Positions 47,894 to 59,729 are shown, counted from the stretch's first letter. The stretch is DNA of 64,000 nt from Candidatus Sumerlaeaceae bacterium (GCA_051003195.1 JBPCLP010000024.1:1-64000), one strand, 5' to 3'. The notes: generated from the sequence alone by a model not told the origin. Made by a program: numbers and translations.

Positions 47894-48718
47894 TTGATTT
47901 CGTCTATGCAGGCATTTGTTCTTGGCACTGTGCAGGGGCTGACCGAATTCCTACCCGTCAGCAGTTCCGCGCACCTGCGGCTTGTTCCCTGGGCCCTGCG
48001 CTGGGACATGCCACAAAATGAAATGGCGTTCGATGTAGCACTCCACATCGGCACCCTGCTCGCCATGTTGCTGTTTTTCTTTTTCGACTGGCTGTTAATT
48101 ATTGCATCGTATATCGGAGATGTGCGGCAGGGCAAATGGAAGGGAGGCCAGCAGGGCTCCCTGCTGCTAAAAATAGCATTGGCCTCCGTTCCGGCGGCTG
48201 TTGTCGGAAAGCTGTTTGAAGCGCGAATCGAAAATTTCTTCTATCGCGACCCGGAAAACATCTGGTGGCTGGCTGTTTCAATGGCTGCCTTTGGCTTGTT
48301 CCTCGTTCTAAGCGAGCGGTTTGGAAAACAGGAGCGCGAGGCTAACCAGGTGACCTATCCCGATGCTCTGATCATCGGGTGTTTCCAGGCGCTCGCGCTT
48401 ATCCCCGGCACATCGCGCAGCGGTGTCACAATACTGGCAGCGCTGCTGCTTGGGCTCACAAGACCTGCTGCGGCGCGGTTCTCGTTTCTCATGGCTCTTC
48501 CGATTACGTTTGGCGCCGTACTGCTGAAGGTTGGAGAACTGCGCGGAGTCGAGTCCTGGACGCCGCTGATCGTCGGAATCGTCAGTTCCGCCGTTGTCGG
48601 CGTCATCGCCATCAAAGGGTTGCTGCACTATGTTCAGCACCGATCGTATCTCGTTTTCGCTGTATACCGCTGGATAGTGGCCGCCGGCGTTATCGCGCTT
48701 TTCTTTTCGCGGAGATAG
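47894..48718 (+). CDS. uppP: Undecaprenyl-diphosphate phosphatase
   Basis: VQGLTEFLPVSSSAH, LHIGT, PGTSRSG, AARFSFL. Confidence 0.96.
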   Translation: MISSMQAFVLGTVQGLTEFLPVSSSAHLRLVPWALRWDMPQNEMAFDVALHIGTLLAMLLFFFFDWLLIIASYIGDVRQGKWKGGQQGSLLLKIALASVPAAVVGKLFEARIENFFYRDPENIWWLAVSMAAFGLFLVLSERFGKQEREANQVTYPDALIIGCFQALALIPGTSRSGVTILAALLLGLTRPAAARFSFLMALPITFGAVLLKVGELRGVESWTPLIVGIVSSAVVGVIAIKGLLHYVQHRSYLVFAVYRWIVAAGVIALFFSRR

Positions 48719-48767
48719 CCCTTATTACTGGATTGTGGCGCAGCGCAGAGCAGACTGAGCGGATAAC

Positions 48768-50369
48768 GTGAGCCAGTTCCTTAACCGTATTGAACGCGAG
48801 ATGCGCCAACAGCACCGCACGCCCGCGCAGTTGTGGACGCGCAGAACTGTACTGGTGCTGCTGCTTATCCTCACCCCTGCGGTGGTGCTCGAGATTGTGC
48901 TTCGGGCTTTCGGTTTTTCGCGCCCGCAAGTGGATCCGAACATGCAGGCGAGGACCATCAGCGCATGTGTGGATGCGCTGAACAGTCGATTTGCCACCGA
49001 TGCATTCATCGATGATCCGCATCTACTCTGGAAGCTCAAGCCTGGAAGCAATCTTGGCGGCATGGAGGTGGCAGCTGACGGACTGCTGGGAAACGTCAGC
49101 GCAAACCCGCTTGACGTCACTCGCAGCCGAACCGCGCAGCGTGTTCTTTGCCTCGGCGATTCGATCACTGCCATGTCGTACCGTACTTATCCGTTTACCG
49201 CTCAACGCCTGGCTAACTCCGTGGCGCTGGCGCGAACTGTAGAAATTCGGAACGCTGCCGTGCCCGGCTATTCGACGGACCAGGCGCTGCGTTGGCTCGA
49301 TCGCCTTGGGAAATGGCGGCCGAATGTTGTACTGCTGTGCTTCGGATGGAACGATCAGTTCACCGCGCTTAATATTCCCGATCGCGAATTGGGCTACAGT
49401 AACGCCGCTGCGGCAGGCCTTCACCGTCTACTCGGTCGACTCCGCATTTACCAGCTCATTGCTGCACCGGTCGAAGCCAGGCTGCTGAAACAAGCACCCC
49501 ATCCCGCGACCGATGTGCGCGACACTTCGTCGGGTCAGCAACGCCGGGTATCGCCCGAGCAGTTTCAGGAGAACCTCACAGCACTCGCACAAAGGGTGCG
49601 AAGCCTGGGAGGGTTGCCGGTGCTGGTTACACAGCCGGAAAACCTTGGTGAGGCCAGTGAGCGAAACCTGGAGGCCCGCAACTTTGTTACTCCCGATACC
49701 GGGGCTGCTGTTCAGATCCATCACACGTATAACAACCTGGTGCGGCGAGTCGCCATCGATACGCATACTCCTCTGATGGATTTGGAGGAGGAATTCCTGC
49801 GGCGAAAGCGCGAGAACTATTTCGAGCCGGACGGCATGCACCTGACAGGTCGCGGGCATAACCACACAGCACGCCTGCTGCTCGCGCTGCTGCGCGACGA
49901 AGGCCGAATCACACCTGTTGAGTACGACGCCATTGCACAGGCGGAGCGGCACGATACGACCGCGCCGGACAAGCCTCGCGCCGCATGGTCAGTGGTACCA
50001 CCGCACCGCGATGCCTGGACAACGGAAACCCTGGACGTCGCCGTGGTTGCTCACAATGTAGGCAACACGCGCTGGTTGCGCGAGCATATCGTTCCACATT
50101 TTGGTAACCGCCGAAACGTTCCCTATGGAAGTGTGTCTGTCGTTGGTGTCTGGCGCACGGTAAATTCCCCCAACATGAAAACCGCGGTGCAGGCGCACCT
50201 TCCATCCGACATTCTGCCCGGTGAAACGACCAGCGTGACCTTAAGTATGGCGTCGCCGCCCCAGCCCGGCAGCTATGAGCTGGAAATCGGGCTGCGCGCC
50301 GATGCGATAGGAGAACTCAAACAATTCGGGGCGGAAACGACGACGTTCACCGTGACAACGCACCGGTAA
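48768..50369 (+). CDS. Membrane-anchored SGNH/GDSL hydrolase with C-terminal Ig-like domain
   Basis: LGDSIT, AVPGYST, FGWND, DGMH blocks; N-terminal TM; NVGNTRW...ILPGE...PGSY Ig-like domain. Confidence 0.85.
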   Translation: MSQFLNRIEREMRQQHRTPAQLWTRRTVLVLLLILTPAVVLEIVLRAFGFSRPQVDPNMQARTISACVDALNSRFATDAFIDDPHLLWKLKPGSNLGGMEVAADGLLGNVSANPLDVTRSRTAQRVLCLGDSITAMSYRTYPFTAQRLANSVALARTVEIRNAAVPGYSTDQALRWLDRLGKWRPNVVLLCFGWNDQFTALNIPDRELGYSNAAAAGLHRLLGRLRIYQLIAAPVEARLLKQAPHPATDVRDTSSGQQRRVSPEQFQENLTALAQRVRSLGGLPVLVTQPENLGEASERNLEARNFVTPDTGAAVQIHHTYNNLVRRVAIDTHTPLMDLEEEFLRRKRENYFEPDGMHLTGRGHNHTARLLLALLRDEGRITPVEYDAIAQAERHDTTAPDKPRAAWSVVPPHRDAWTTETLDVAVVAHNVGNTRWLREHIVPHFGNRRNVPYGSVSVVGVWRTVNSPNMKTAVQAHLPSDILPGETTSVTLSMASPPQPGSYELEIGLRADAIGELKQFGAETTTFTVTTHR

Positions 50370-50385
50370 ACGAATGCTAAATAGG

Positions 50386-50474
50386 TGGTGCCGGAGACAG
50401 GACTTGAACCTGCACGTGGAGTGAACCACGCTAGACCCTGAATCTAGTGCGTCTGCCAATTCCGCCACTCCGGC
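50386..50474 (-). tRNA. tRNA-Leu (CAG)
   Basis: Reverse complement reads GCCGGAGTGGCGGAATTGGCAGACGC...CTAGA-TTCAGGG-TCTAG, long variable arm, GGTTCAAGTCC, CTCCGGC-ACCA. Confidence 0.96.
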
Positions 50475-50680
50475 ACTGATGCATGGCAAGCGCTTACTAC
50501 CAAGGCCGGTTGAGTTCATTCCGAGTTTTCGGGGAGCTTCGTTACACAGGCAGCTGGTTTGTCAGGCAGGGCGGCACTGACGCGTGCCGCAAGATCAACG
50601 CGGTATGAGACACCTGGCCCGTAATGTTTCTGTTTTCTACCTTGCACGGCTGCGAGCCCGGCTGCGTACTTGCAGGCCAC

Positions 50681-51988
50681 ATGAGTGACACTGTCCCAGA
50701 GCCACCGGCGCGTATACATCCGCGCGCCGCGTTCCAGCACCGCGATTTCCGCGTTTTCCAGGCTTCGAAGTTTATCTCCACCATTGGCTGGCTGATGCAG
50801 GTCACCGCCGTCGGTTACCAGGTCTATTCAATCACGCATTCAAAACTGGATTTAGGCTATATCGGGCTCGCCTCCTTCTTGCCAGCGATCCTGTTTTCGC
50901 TGCTGACGGGGCACGTGGCGGACCGGTTCGATCGCCGTGGCGTCATGATGGTCTGCATGTCGATCATGATCGCGGGATCTCTTGCGCTGATGGGTATTTC
51001 GCTGATGGAAATCCCGCCGGCGTGGCCGTTCCTGTCGCATATCCATGGCATGCCCACGGCGCAGACGTGGCCGTTCCTGGTAATCTTGTTTGTCACAGGT
51101 GCAGCGCACGCGTTTTATGGACCGGCCAGCCAGGCTTTGATGCCGCAGCTGGTGCCTCAGGTCCATTTCGCCAACGCAGTGGCGTGGAACTCGACGATAT
51201 GGCAGGCATCGGCAATTCTTGGTCCTGCCGTCGGAGGCCTCGTGTACTACCAGATGGGCGGCCCTGCTGCCGTTTACGGCGCGGACGCGGCTTTAACTTC
51301 ACTAGCGTTTTTGCTCATGGGACTTCTGCACATGCGCACGGGCCGAATGGAGATGCGCGCGGCTTCGTGGTCCACGCTGCTGGCGGGCCTTCACTTCATC
51401 TGGAAGCGAAAGATTATCCTGGGCGCCATTTCAATGGACCTTTTTGCCGTCCTCCTCGGGGGTGCGACAGCGCTGTTGCCCGTTTATGCCCAGGATATCC
51501 TGCATGTGGGCGAAGCGGGCTTCGGGCTGATGCGTAGTGCTCCTGCCATGGGTGCTGCAATCACCGCGCTCATTGTGACGCATCTGCCGCCCATGCAGCG
51601 CGCGGGTGCGACGATGCTGGTTTGTGTGGCGATCTTTGGGGTCGCGACCATTGCCTTTGGCGTGTCGACGAATTTTTGGTTCAGCATGGCGTGCCTGGTC
51701 ACGATGGGCGCTGCCGACATGGTGAGCGTGGTTATTCGCCACACGGTTGTGCAGATGCTCACGCCGCCGGAAATGCGAGGTCGTGTAAGCGCGGTAAATC
51801 TCGTGTTTATTGGCGCTTCAAATGAACTCGGTGAATTCGAGTCGGGGGTGACAGCCCACTGGTTCGGCACAGTACCCGCAGTCGTTATCGGAGGTGTCGG
51901 CACGTTGATGGTCGTCGGACTTTGGGCCTTCATGTTCCCGCAGCTTCGCAAATACAAACGACTGGATGTCGCAGAGGATATACACTAG
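50681..51988 (+). CDS. MFS transporter (EntS / DHA3-like)
   Basis: GHVADRFDRR motif A, DLFAVLLGGA, MRGRV, GASNELGEFESG; about 12 TM helices. Confidence 0.9.
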   Translation: MSDTVPEPPARIHPRAAFQHRDFRVFQASKFISTIGWLMQVTAVGYQVYSITHSKLDLGYIGLASFLPAILFSLLTGHVADRFDRRGVMMVCMSIMIAGSLALMGISLMEIPPAWPFLSHIHGMPTAQTWPFLVILFVTGAAHAFYGPASQALMPQLVPQVHFANAVAWNSTIWQASAILGPAVGGLVYYQMGGPAAVYGADAALTSLAFLLMGLLHMRTGRMEMRAASWSTLLAGLHFIWKRKIILGAISMDLFAVLLGGATALLPVYAQDILHVGEAGFGLMRSAPAMGAAITALIVTHLPPMQRAGATMLVCVAIFGVATIAFGVSTNFWFSMACLVTMGAADMVSVVIRHTVVQMLTPPEMRGRVSAVNLVFIGASNELGEFESGVTAHWFGTVPAVVIGGVGTLMVVGLWAFMFPQLRKYKRLDVAEDIH

Positions 51989-52180
51989 TGTGCCGAATCA
52001 GTAGTTCCAATCCAGTTTGAGCGCGGAAGATAAGCTCAATTCGGCACACAGAACCGAATACGAATTAACGGTAGACCACACTAATGTGCCGCCCCAGAAG
52101 TTCATAGCTATGCTTCAGGAAGCTTTCGAGCTCGGACGGCACACAAAACTAGTGAACGAATTAATCGGGACACCACATTA
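51983..52180. repeat. Two tandem units of about 96 bp, each with a TGTGCCG...CGGCACA inverted repeat (REP/MITE-like)
   Basis: CACTA(G/A)TGTGCCG at 51983 and 52079; CGGCACACA at 52042 and 52137; ACGAATTAA at 52060 and 52156. Confidence 0.75.
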
Positions 52181-52184
52181 AACA

Positions 52185-53180
52185 ATGTCTGCGAATACGC
52201 ACTTCGAAAACGCGACGATAGACCTCTCGCTGAAACTTGCAGAGACTATCCGGCCGGGAATTGGTACCATGGCATCGTCGTCGATCGTGGGGGAAGCGAA
52301 CAGTGGCGATTATACCTTCGCAATTGATGCAGTTGCGGAGGCTGCACTCGGCCGTTTTGTGGATGAGGTGGCGAAGTCGGCGGGATTACGGCTAGCCTAC
52401 TACAGCGAGGATCGTGGCTTGGTGGAGGTGCATTCGAATCCGGAGTACGTGTTTGTTGTCGACCCGATTGACGGAACCCGCCCGGCAATATGCGGCCTGG
52501 AGAGTTGCTGTGTATCGGCGGCGCTCGCGCCGCTAAATGGAAATTCTGCATGTCTGAGCGACGTCGTCGCGGCTTGCCTTGTGGAGATTAAAAGCGGTGT
52601 TATTATTTCAGCGGCTGCAGGCGCTGGCGTGTGCGTACGCTCGTCCAGTCGCAGCAAGGCTGTCCCGGTGAACGGTTCATGCTTAAGTCGCAAAACCGAC
52701 ATCGAGAAGATGTTCTGGGCGACCGAAATGTGCGGGCGGCCGTCTCAAGCGACACAGGCCGTGCTGGGCGAGTTAATCAATGCCAGCTCTTTCGCGGCTG
52801 CATGCTTCGTGTTTAATAGTGCCTCCTATGCGATCAGCAGGGTCGTGCTGGGTCAGCTGGATGCTTACGCGGACGTATTTGCAGCACTATTGCGTCGTGC
52901 CAATGCCGCAAGATGGGAGAGCTTGTCCAAGTCCCTCTTCCATGGGAAAGTATTTGGCTTGTTCCCGTACGACATTGCTGCAGCAGCCTTTATTGCTGAA
53001 GAGGCAGGGGCATTTGTCACCGATGCGCAGGGAAATTCGCTCGGGAATCTGGAGCTGCTGGATTCCTCCAGCAATGCTATTACAAGTGCGGTTATAGCTG
53101 CAAATAAAGAACTTGGACAGCATATTCTGGGGTACTTGGAGCGGGGATTCCGAAGGGCTGACGGCCTGACATTCACCTGA
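52185..53180 (+). CDS. Inositol monophosphatase / FBPase superfamily phosphatase
   Basis: SEDRG, VDPIDGT, YDIAAA. Confidence 0.82.
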   Translation: MSANTHFENATIDLSLKLAETIRPGIGTMASSSIVGEANSGDYTFAIDAVAEAALGRFVDEVAKSAGLRLAYYSEDRGLVEVHSNPEYVFVVDPIDGTRPAICGLESCCVSAALAPLNGNSACLSDVVAACLVEIKSGVIISAAAGAGVCVRSSSRSKAVPVNGSCLSRKTDIEKMFWATEMCGRPSQATQAVLGELINASSFAAACFVFNSASYAISRVVLGQLDAYADVFAALLRRANAARWESLSKSLFHGKVFGLFPYDIAAAAFIAEEAGAFVTDAQGNSLGNLELLDSSSNAITSAVIAANKELGQHILGYLERGFRRADGLTFT

Positions 53181-53203
53181 CGAACGCTAGCTTGTGGAAA
53201 AGC

Positions 53204-53282
53204 TTGACCGCTGCAGGCCAGATGTGCATCTTTCCTACACTATCTTGTAGGTGCGGCCGGAGGCAAACGCCAGATGTTGTGT
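53204..53282 (+). promoter_or_regulatory. Putative sigma70 promoter and tandem NrdR boxes upstream of nrdR
   Basis: TTGACC-17 bp-CATCTT; boxes CTACACTATCTTGTAG (53235-53250) and ACGCCAGATGTTGTGT (53267-53282), 32 bp apart. Confidence 0.6.
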
Positions 53283-53732
53283 CCACTGTGTGGCCATCTT
53301 GAAAGCAAAGTTATCAATTCTCGCCAGACACCCAAAGCTGACGGCATACGCCGCCGCCGCGAATGCCTCAAATGCGCACACCGTTTCAGTACTTCTGAAG
53401 TGATCGAGAAGACTCCGATTATCGTGGTGAAGCGCGACGGAAAGCGTGAAAGCTTTGACCGTCAAAAGGTCACCGCCGGAATTCTGCGTGCATGTGAGAA
53501 GCGGCCGGTTACGCTGGACGAAGTCGAGCGGGTGGTTCAGTTTGTGGAGAAGACTCTCTACAACAACATGGAGAAAGAAGTGAGTTCGCTGAAGATTGGC
53601 GAGATGGTGCTGAAGCAGCTTCGCGGGCTGGATGAAGTGGCGTATGTCAGGTTTGCCAGTGTGTATCGGCAATTTCGCGACATCAGCGAATTTAATCATG
53701 AGCTGCGCGTGCTGATGCAGACAGAGGCATAA
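53274..53732 (+). CDS. nrdR: Transcriptional repressor NrdR
   Basis: CPLC..RRRRECLKC zinc ribbon; ATP cone VVKRDG; DEVAYVRFASVYRQF. Confidence 0.97.
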   Translation: MLCPLCGHLESKVINSRQTPKADGIRRRRECLKCAHRFSTSEVIEKTPIIVVKRDGKRESFDRQKVTAGILRACEKRPVTLDEVERVVQFVEKTLYNNMEKEVSSLKIGEMVLKQLRGLDEVAYVRFASVYRQFRDISEFNHELRVLMQTEA

Positions 53733-53774
53733 CGGTCGTTGCACGCCGGGATGGGGCAAGTCACCACGTAATCC

Positions 53775-54131
53775 ATGAGAGTTGTATTGTTCGTTCTTGG
53801 AATCCTGCTCACGGGGCTGGGAATCATCGGCGTCTTTTTACCCATCATGCCCACAACGATTTTCCTGATACTGGCACTGCCATGCTTTGCCCGTTCGAGT
53901 CCAAAATTTGAGGCCTGGCTGCTTAATCACCGTTGGTTTGGACCAAGTTTGCGCGCGTGGAAAAGCAACGGGGCTATCAGCACTCGTGCAAAAGTGCTGG
54001 CGATGATCACACTTTGGGTAAGCATCACCGGTTCGTGTTTTTTCGTTCCATGGTATCTGCGGATTATGCTTATCAGCATTGCGGCCAGCGTATCTGCCTA
54101 CGTGATTACACGTCCAACCGCCCAGTTGTAA
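53775..54131 (+). CDS. YbaN (DUF454) family inner membrane protein
   Basis: GIIGVFLPIMPTT.FLILA..CFARSS, WLLNH..FGP. Confidence 0.9.
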   Translation: MRVVLFVLGILLTGLGIIGVFLPIMPTTIFLILALPCFARSSPKFEAWLLNHRWFGPSLRAWKSNGAISTRAKVLAMITLWVSITGSCFFVPWYLRIMLISIAASVSAYVITRPTAQL

Positions 54132-54401
54132 GCACCATCAGCGTGCCGCTGTTGATTGGCTGCACGCTTAACTCAAGCCGTCGGCGGCTTAGGGAGAATC
54201 ATCCCTGTGTACGGTGACGCGTTTTTTCGCTCCAAATTCTTCGCTGCGGGGCAAAACGACACACCCGAGTCATTCGAATTAAAGACTGCCTGACGCCTTT
54301 GATTGCTAAAGCTGAACTTACGCTGACATTTTGCTGCGGCACCGCGATTGCATTCTGCTGCTCCCATATTAACCCATCATTATGTAGGAGGAATACGAGC
54401 C

Positions 54402-54719
54402 ATGCCGGTTCGCCCACTGCATGACCGTGTACTGGTCAAGCGTGCAGAAGAAGCTGAGCAGAAGAGCAGCGCAGGGATTATCATCCCTGATACCGCAAAA
54501 GAGAAGCCACAGCGCGGTACTGTCGTCGCCGCAGGCGAGGGCAAGAAGGATGAAAACGGGAAACGGATCCCGCTGGATGTAAAAGAGGGCGATGAGGTGC
54601 TTTTTGGCAAGTATGCCGGCACCGAAGTGAAGATCGAGGGTGAAGAGTATCTCATCATGCACGAGTCCGATCTTCTGGGCGTCTTAACCGCCAGCACCGC
54701 AAAGGCCGGCGCCAAGTAA
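54402..54719 (+). CDS. groES: Co-chaperonin GroES
   Basis: [43 protein letters not shown] before ATG 54402. Confidence 0.98.
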   Translation: MPVRPLHDRVLVKRAEEAEQKSSAGIIIPDTAKEKPQRGTVVAAGEGKKDENGKRIPLDVKEGDEVLFGKYAGTEVKIEGEEYLIMHESDLLGVLTASTAKAGAK

Positions 54720-54724
54720 GGTAG

Positions 54725-56443
<1,719 letters not shown>

Positions 56444-56471
56444 GCCGCAGCTAACAGTTCAAAGTAACCAT

Positions 56472-56521
56472 GCCGGCGCAGCCGGGTCATAGCATCGGCC
56501 CACTGCGCCGGTTGTTTTTTT
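56472..56521 (+). terminator. Probable rho-independent terminator after groEL
   Basis: CCGGCGCAG...CTGCGCCGG stem followed by TTGTTTTTTT. Confidence 0.7.
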
Positions 56522-56584
56522 CTGCTATAAAACCAGGCTGGCGAAGTGCGAATAAAAACGCAGACTGCGCATAGCCCCGACAGC

Positions 56585-58861
56585 ATGTCGAGACTCGTCG
56601 TAGGTCTTCTGCTTCTCGTCCCGTGTTTGTCGACCTTTGCGGCGAAGGCGCAGGACAATTTCGCGCTATCCGACACGACTGCAACTGTCCAGGAACTCTC
56701 GAGAAAAGTGGGACTGGCCGACAATTACGCCCGCATCAGCATTCGGTATCGCGGCGCTTACCGGATTACAGGCGCTAAGCTGCAAGCCGCTGGTGTTCAA
56801 CTCGACCAGCTGGATCCGCTAAAGCTCGCACTGTGGAACGAAGGAAAGCAGGTGCCGATTCTGCTTCGGACCGATAATGCGACGGTTTTCGGACCCGCGG
56901 ATTCGATCGAGTTTCTCGGTGACCCTGCCCGCGGTACTTACAGCACTTACAAGCCCGATAATACATACAACATCTACTTCTTAAACTGGGCAACCGAATC
57001 GCCCCAACGGTACTCAACGATGTCGGTGGTTCCGGAAACCATCCCGACCAGGGCCAGCATTTTTCGGGAACACCGGCACCTCGAGAAGGATTTTTACTAC
57101 CGTACATCGGGGTTGCCGCCGGGCACCACCGACAATTTTTACTGGCTGCTTTTCAATGCGGGAAGCCCTGACACATTCCCGGTGAAAATCGATTTCCCGG
57201 GCTTCGCCAGGGAACTGGATGAGCCCGTCAAACTTGTTTTTCGGCTGTTTGGTTTTTCCGATGCAGCATCTGTGAAGCCCGGTCATAAGTTTTCCATCAA
57301 GTACGCGAACCCAATCCAGACCAGTGACTCGGTGCACCTGGGAACCTTTGAGTTTGATGGAAAGCGCAACTACGACTTCGTAACCAGTCTACCCGCAACG
57401 GCAGTCCGTCCCAATTATCGAATTCTTTTCGATACACCTGCAGGCCGTGAGGATGCCGTAGACGCAATTTCGCTCGATTGGATAGAAGCCGAGTATCCGC
57501 GCCGACTGGATGCTGAGGGGCGAGACCTCTTTTACTTCAATTCGGATTTAGTCGAGCCCGAAGCAGATTCTGTTGCGATTCTTAACGTGCCGCAGGGAAC
57601 GAAGGTTTTTGCGCCGGAACTTAACGTGGTCTATACACAGGCAACGGAAACGAGCGGCTGCATTGGTGTAAAAGTGCAGGACCGGAAAACTTCGTATACG
57701 GCAGTTTCACCGGAAGGGTTCCTGGCGGTCGAAGACATTTCCGTAAAGCGGATCAGCAATCTTGCCCGGCAGGTGCCGGCCGCTGCTGAGGCACTGGTTC
57801 TTTATCATCCTGACGTGGCGGAGTCGGCACGAAGCTATGTTCAATATCGGACTTCGACAGGAATCCAGACGGCCGCGGTAAATGTGCAGGACGTCTTTGA
57901 TCATCTTAATAACGGCTTTATCAGTGACGCAGTTCTAAAGCGGTACATTCGTTACGCCGCACAAACCAGTAAGCTGAAGTATATTGTGATGTGGGGAGAC
58001 TCGACCGCGGATTACCGGCAGGCGTCAAACTTCGATGAAACCACACAGAGCCAGATCCTTATTCCTATCCACTGGATCGTCAACCCCGCGACAACCTGGA
58101 CCAAGGGTTATGTAGATGATAACTGGTATGCCAGTTTTTACTACGCGAACACACCTGACCTGGCATTGGGCCGAGTTCCTGTGAATGACGAAAGCCAGGG
58201 TTTCGAGTACCTTCGCAAAGTAATCGAATATGAACAGCTCGGAAAGTCGCGCGGAGATAAAGCTCTACTTCTGTCCAGCGTCGAAGCGTCATTCCAGGAT
58301 CTTGCACTCGAGACGCAAAAGTCGTTTGCAGACCATTTCTCCAGTACGACGGTGTTGTTTCCCGAGACGAAGACGGCAGCGCAGGAAGTTCTCCGACTCG
58401 ACCAGGAGTTTAACAGCGGCATTCAAATGCTCTACTATGTAGGGCATGGTGGAGCAGCTGTGTGGCGGGTGGGCCCCACCGATTTTACAAAGCAGAAAGA
58501 TCTGTTCACGCCTAAAGATGTCGCACGCCTTCACAATGCCGGGCATTACCCGATCATTGCTGCTTCAAGTTGCTATACCACGTCGTTTGATTACACTTTC
58601 AGCCTGGGTGAAGCGCTGATATTGCAGCCGCAAGCCGGCGCAATCGCTATTGTGGGGGCACCCTGGAAGAGCACCGTGTACGAAGACCATGCGTTTAATA
58701 AGAAGTTCTTTGAGCGATACCTGGATCCGCAGATCAAGACGCTGGGCGAAGCGTTCGTGGGGACGAAGCGACATTTTGCTCCCGTCAAACCCGAGCAGGT
58801 GGACTCGCAGACATTTACGCTGTTGGGGGATCCGTGTTTGAAACTTATGAGGCGCCACTAG
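56585..58861 (+). CDS. Secreted C25 (gingipain/PorU-like) cysteine peptidase
   Basis: Signal peptide; YIVMWGD, DNWY, LGRVP, YYVGHG (His), SSCYT (Cys), GEALI, LLGDP. Confidence 0.85.
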   Translation: MSRLVVGLLLLVPCLSTFAAKAQDNFALSDTTATVQELSRKVGLADNYARISIRYRGAYRITGAKLQAAGVQLDQLDPLKLALWNEGKQVPILLRTDNATVFGPADSIEFLGDPARGTYSTYKPDNTYNIYFLNWATESPQRYSTMSVVPETIPTRASIFREHRHLEKDFYYRTSGLPPGTTDNFYWLLFNAGSPDTFPVKIDFPGFARELDEPVKLVFRLFGFSDAASVKPGHKFSIKYANPIQTSDSVHLGTFEFDGKRNYDFVTSLPATAVRPNYRILFDTPAGREDAVDAISLDWIEAEYPRRLDAEGRDLFYFNSDLVEPEADSVAILNVPQGTKVFAPELNVVYTQATETSGCIGVKVQDRKTSYTAVSPEGFLAVEDISVKRISNLARQVPAAAEALVLYHPDVAESARSYVQYRTSTGIQTAAVNVQDVFDHLNNGFISDAVLKRYIRYAAQTSKLKYIVMWGDSTADYRQASNFDETTQSQILIPIHWIVNPATTWTKGYVDDNWYASFYYANTPDLALGRVPVNDESQGFEYLRKVIEYEQLGKSRGDKALLLSSVEASFQDLALETQKSFADHFSSTTVLFPETKTAAQEVLRLDQEFNSGIQMLYYVGHGGAAVWRVGPTDFTKQKDLFTPKDVARLHNAGHYPIIAASSCYTTSFDYTFSLGEALILQPQAGAIAIVGAPWKSTVYEDHAFNKKFFERYLDPQIKTLGEAFVGTKRHFAPVKPEQVDSQTFTLLGDPCLKLMRRH

Positions 58862-58862
58862 A

Positions 58863-59507
58863 ATGATCGCGCGCTTGTGGTGCACCATTGTAACTTTTCA
58901 GTTCTATGTAATGCAATCGACTGCCGCAGACACCCCTGCAACCCAGAAGCAGAACGGCCCGCAAGCGCAGTCAAGTGCCCCCACAGAACTATCGCAGCAA
59001 AAGTCAAACCGGCTCTTTCGTTTGCAAAGTGATAAGGTGACGATCCCCGAGTGGGATAGCGCTCATGGCCCCCAAAGGGTCACGCTGCTTGAACTGGCAG
59101 CAACAAAGGACTTCGACCGAAAAGCGCTTGTCTACCGCGAGCGGGCCATTCTGGAAATCGGGTCTATATCAACCCGGGAGTTCAAGGTACCCGACGCGGA
59201 TGAAGTGGTGCTGATTGCACGGTCGACAAGTGCAGAGGACCTTTTCAGCAGGATCTCAGTGAAGCTCGAGTACCACGACGCAACGACTGTGTCGAAGGAG
59301 ATTTATGCGGGAGTCGTCGCGAGCCATACTCTTACTGAGGTGAAGTGCAACGTACCGCGTGACGTGGTGGGCAGGACAGCTCGAATCAATATCGAGTTAC
59401 TTAACCCCTCTTCTATCGACGATCATCGGGTGCTGTACGTTGCCTCAATCGTCTTTCGTCGAGTTGCCGGGTCGACCCCGTCTGCTTCAGTGAGCAGTAG
59501 CAAGTAA
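58863..59507 (+). CDS. Hypothetical secreted protein
   Basis: 214 aa ORF starting 1 nt after the C25 gene stop; signal-like N-terminus. Confidence 0.55.
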   Translation: MIARLWCTIVTFQFYVMQSTAADTPATQKQNGPQAQSSAPTELSQQKSNRLFRLQSDKVTIPEWDSAHGPQRVTLLELAATKDFDRKALVYRERAILEIGSISTREFKVPDADEVVLIARSTSAEDLFSRISVKLEYHDATTVSKEIYAGVVASHTLTEVKCNVPRDVVGRTARINIELLNPSSIDDHRVLYVASIVFRRVAGSTPSASVSSSK

Positions 59508-59729
59508 TGAGTGAAAGAACATATCAGGTGACGCCTTATACTTTAGCAGGCCAGTGGCAGCGTTGCACTGCGGCAGTCGATTTGACCACGAACGTGCAAA
59601 GCCTTACGCTTACAGTCGGAGCTATCGGCAAACATGCTCTCCTCGTTGATGATGTTGAGCTCAAAACAGAATAGATCCTGCGCGTATGTCGCCCGCATAC
59701 GCTTTCTCCACATCGGGTAACGGACATAT

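Noticed and set aside
51983..52180. CRISPR array
   Set aside because: Only two degenerate units, the conserved parts flank a hairpin rather than forming identical repeats, and there are no cas genes.
54283..54309. CIRCE element upstream of groES
   Set aside because: Only a right-half-like GATTGCTAA (54301-54309) is present; the left arm TTAGCACTC is absent at the 9-bp spacing.
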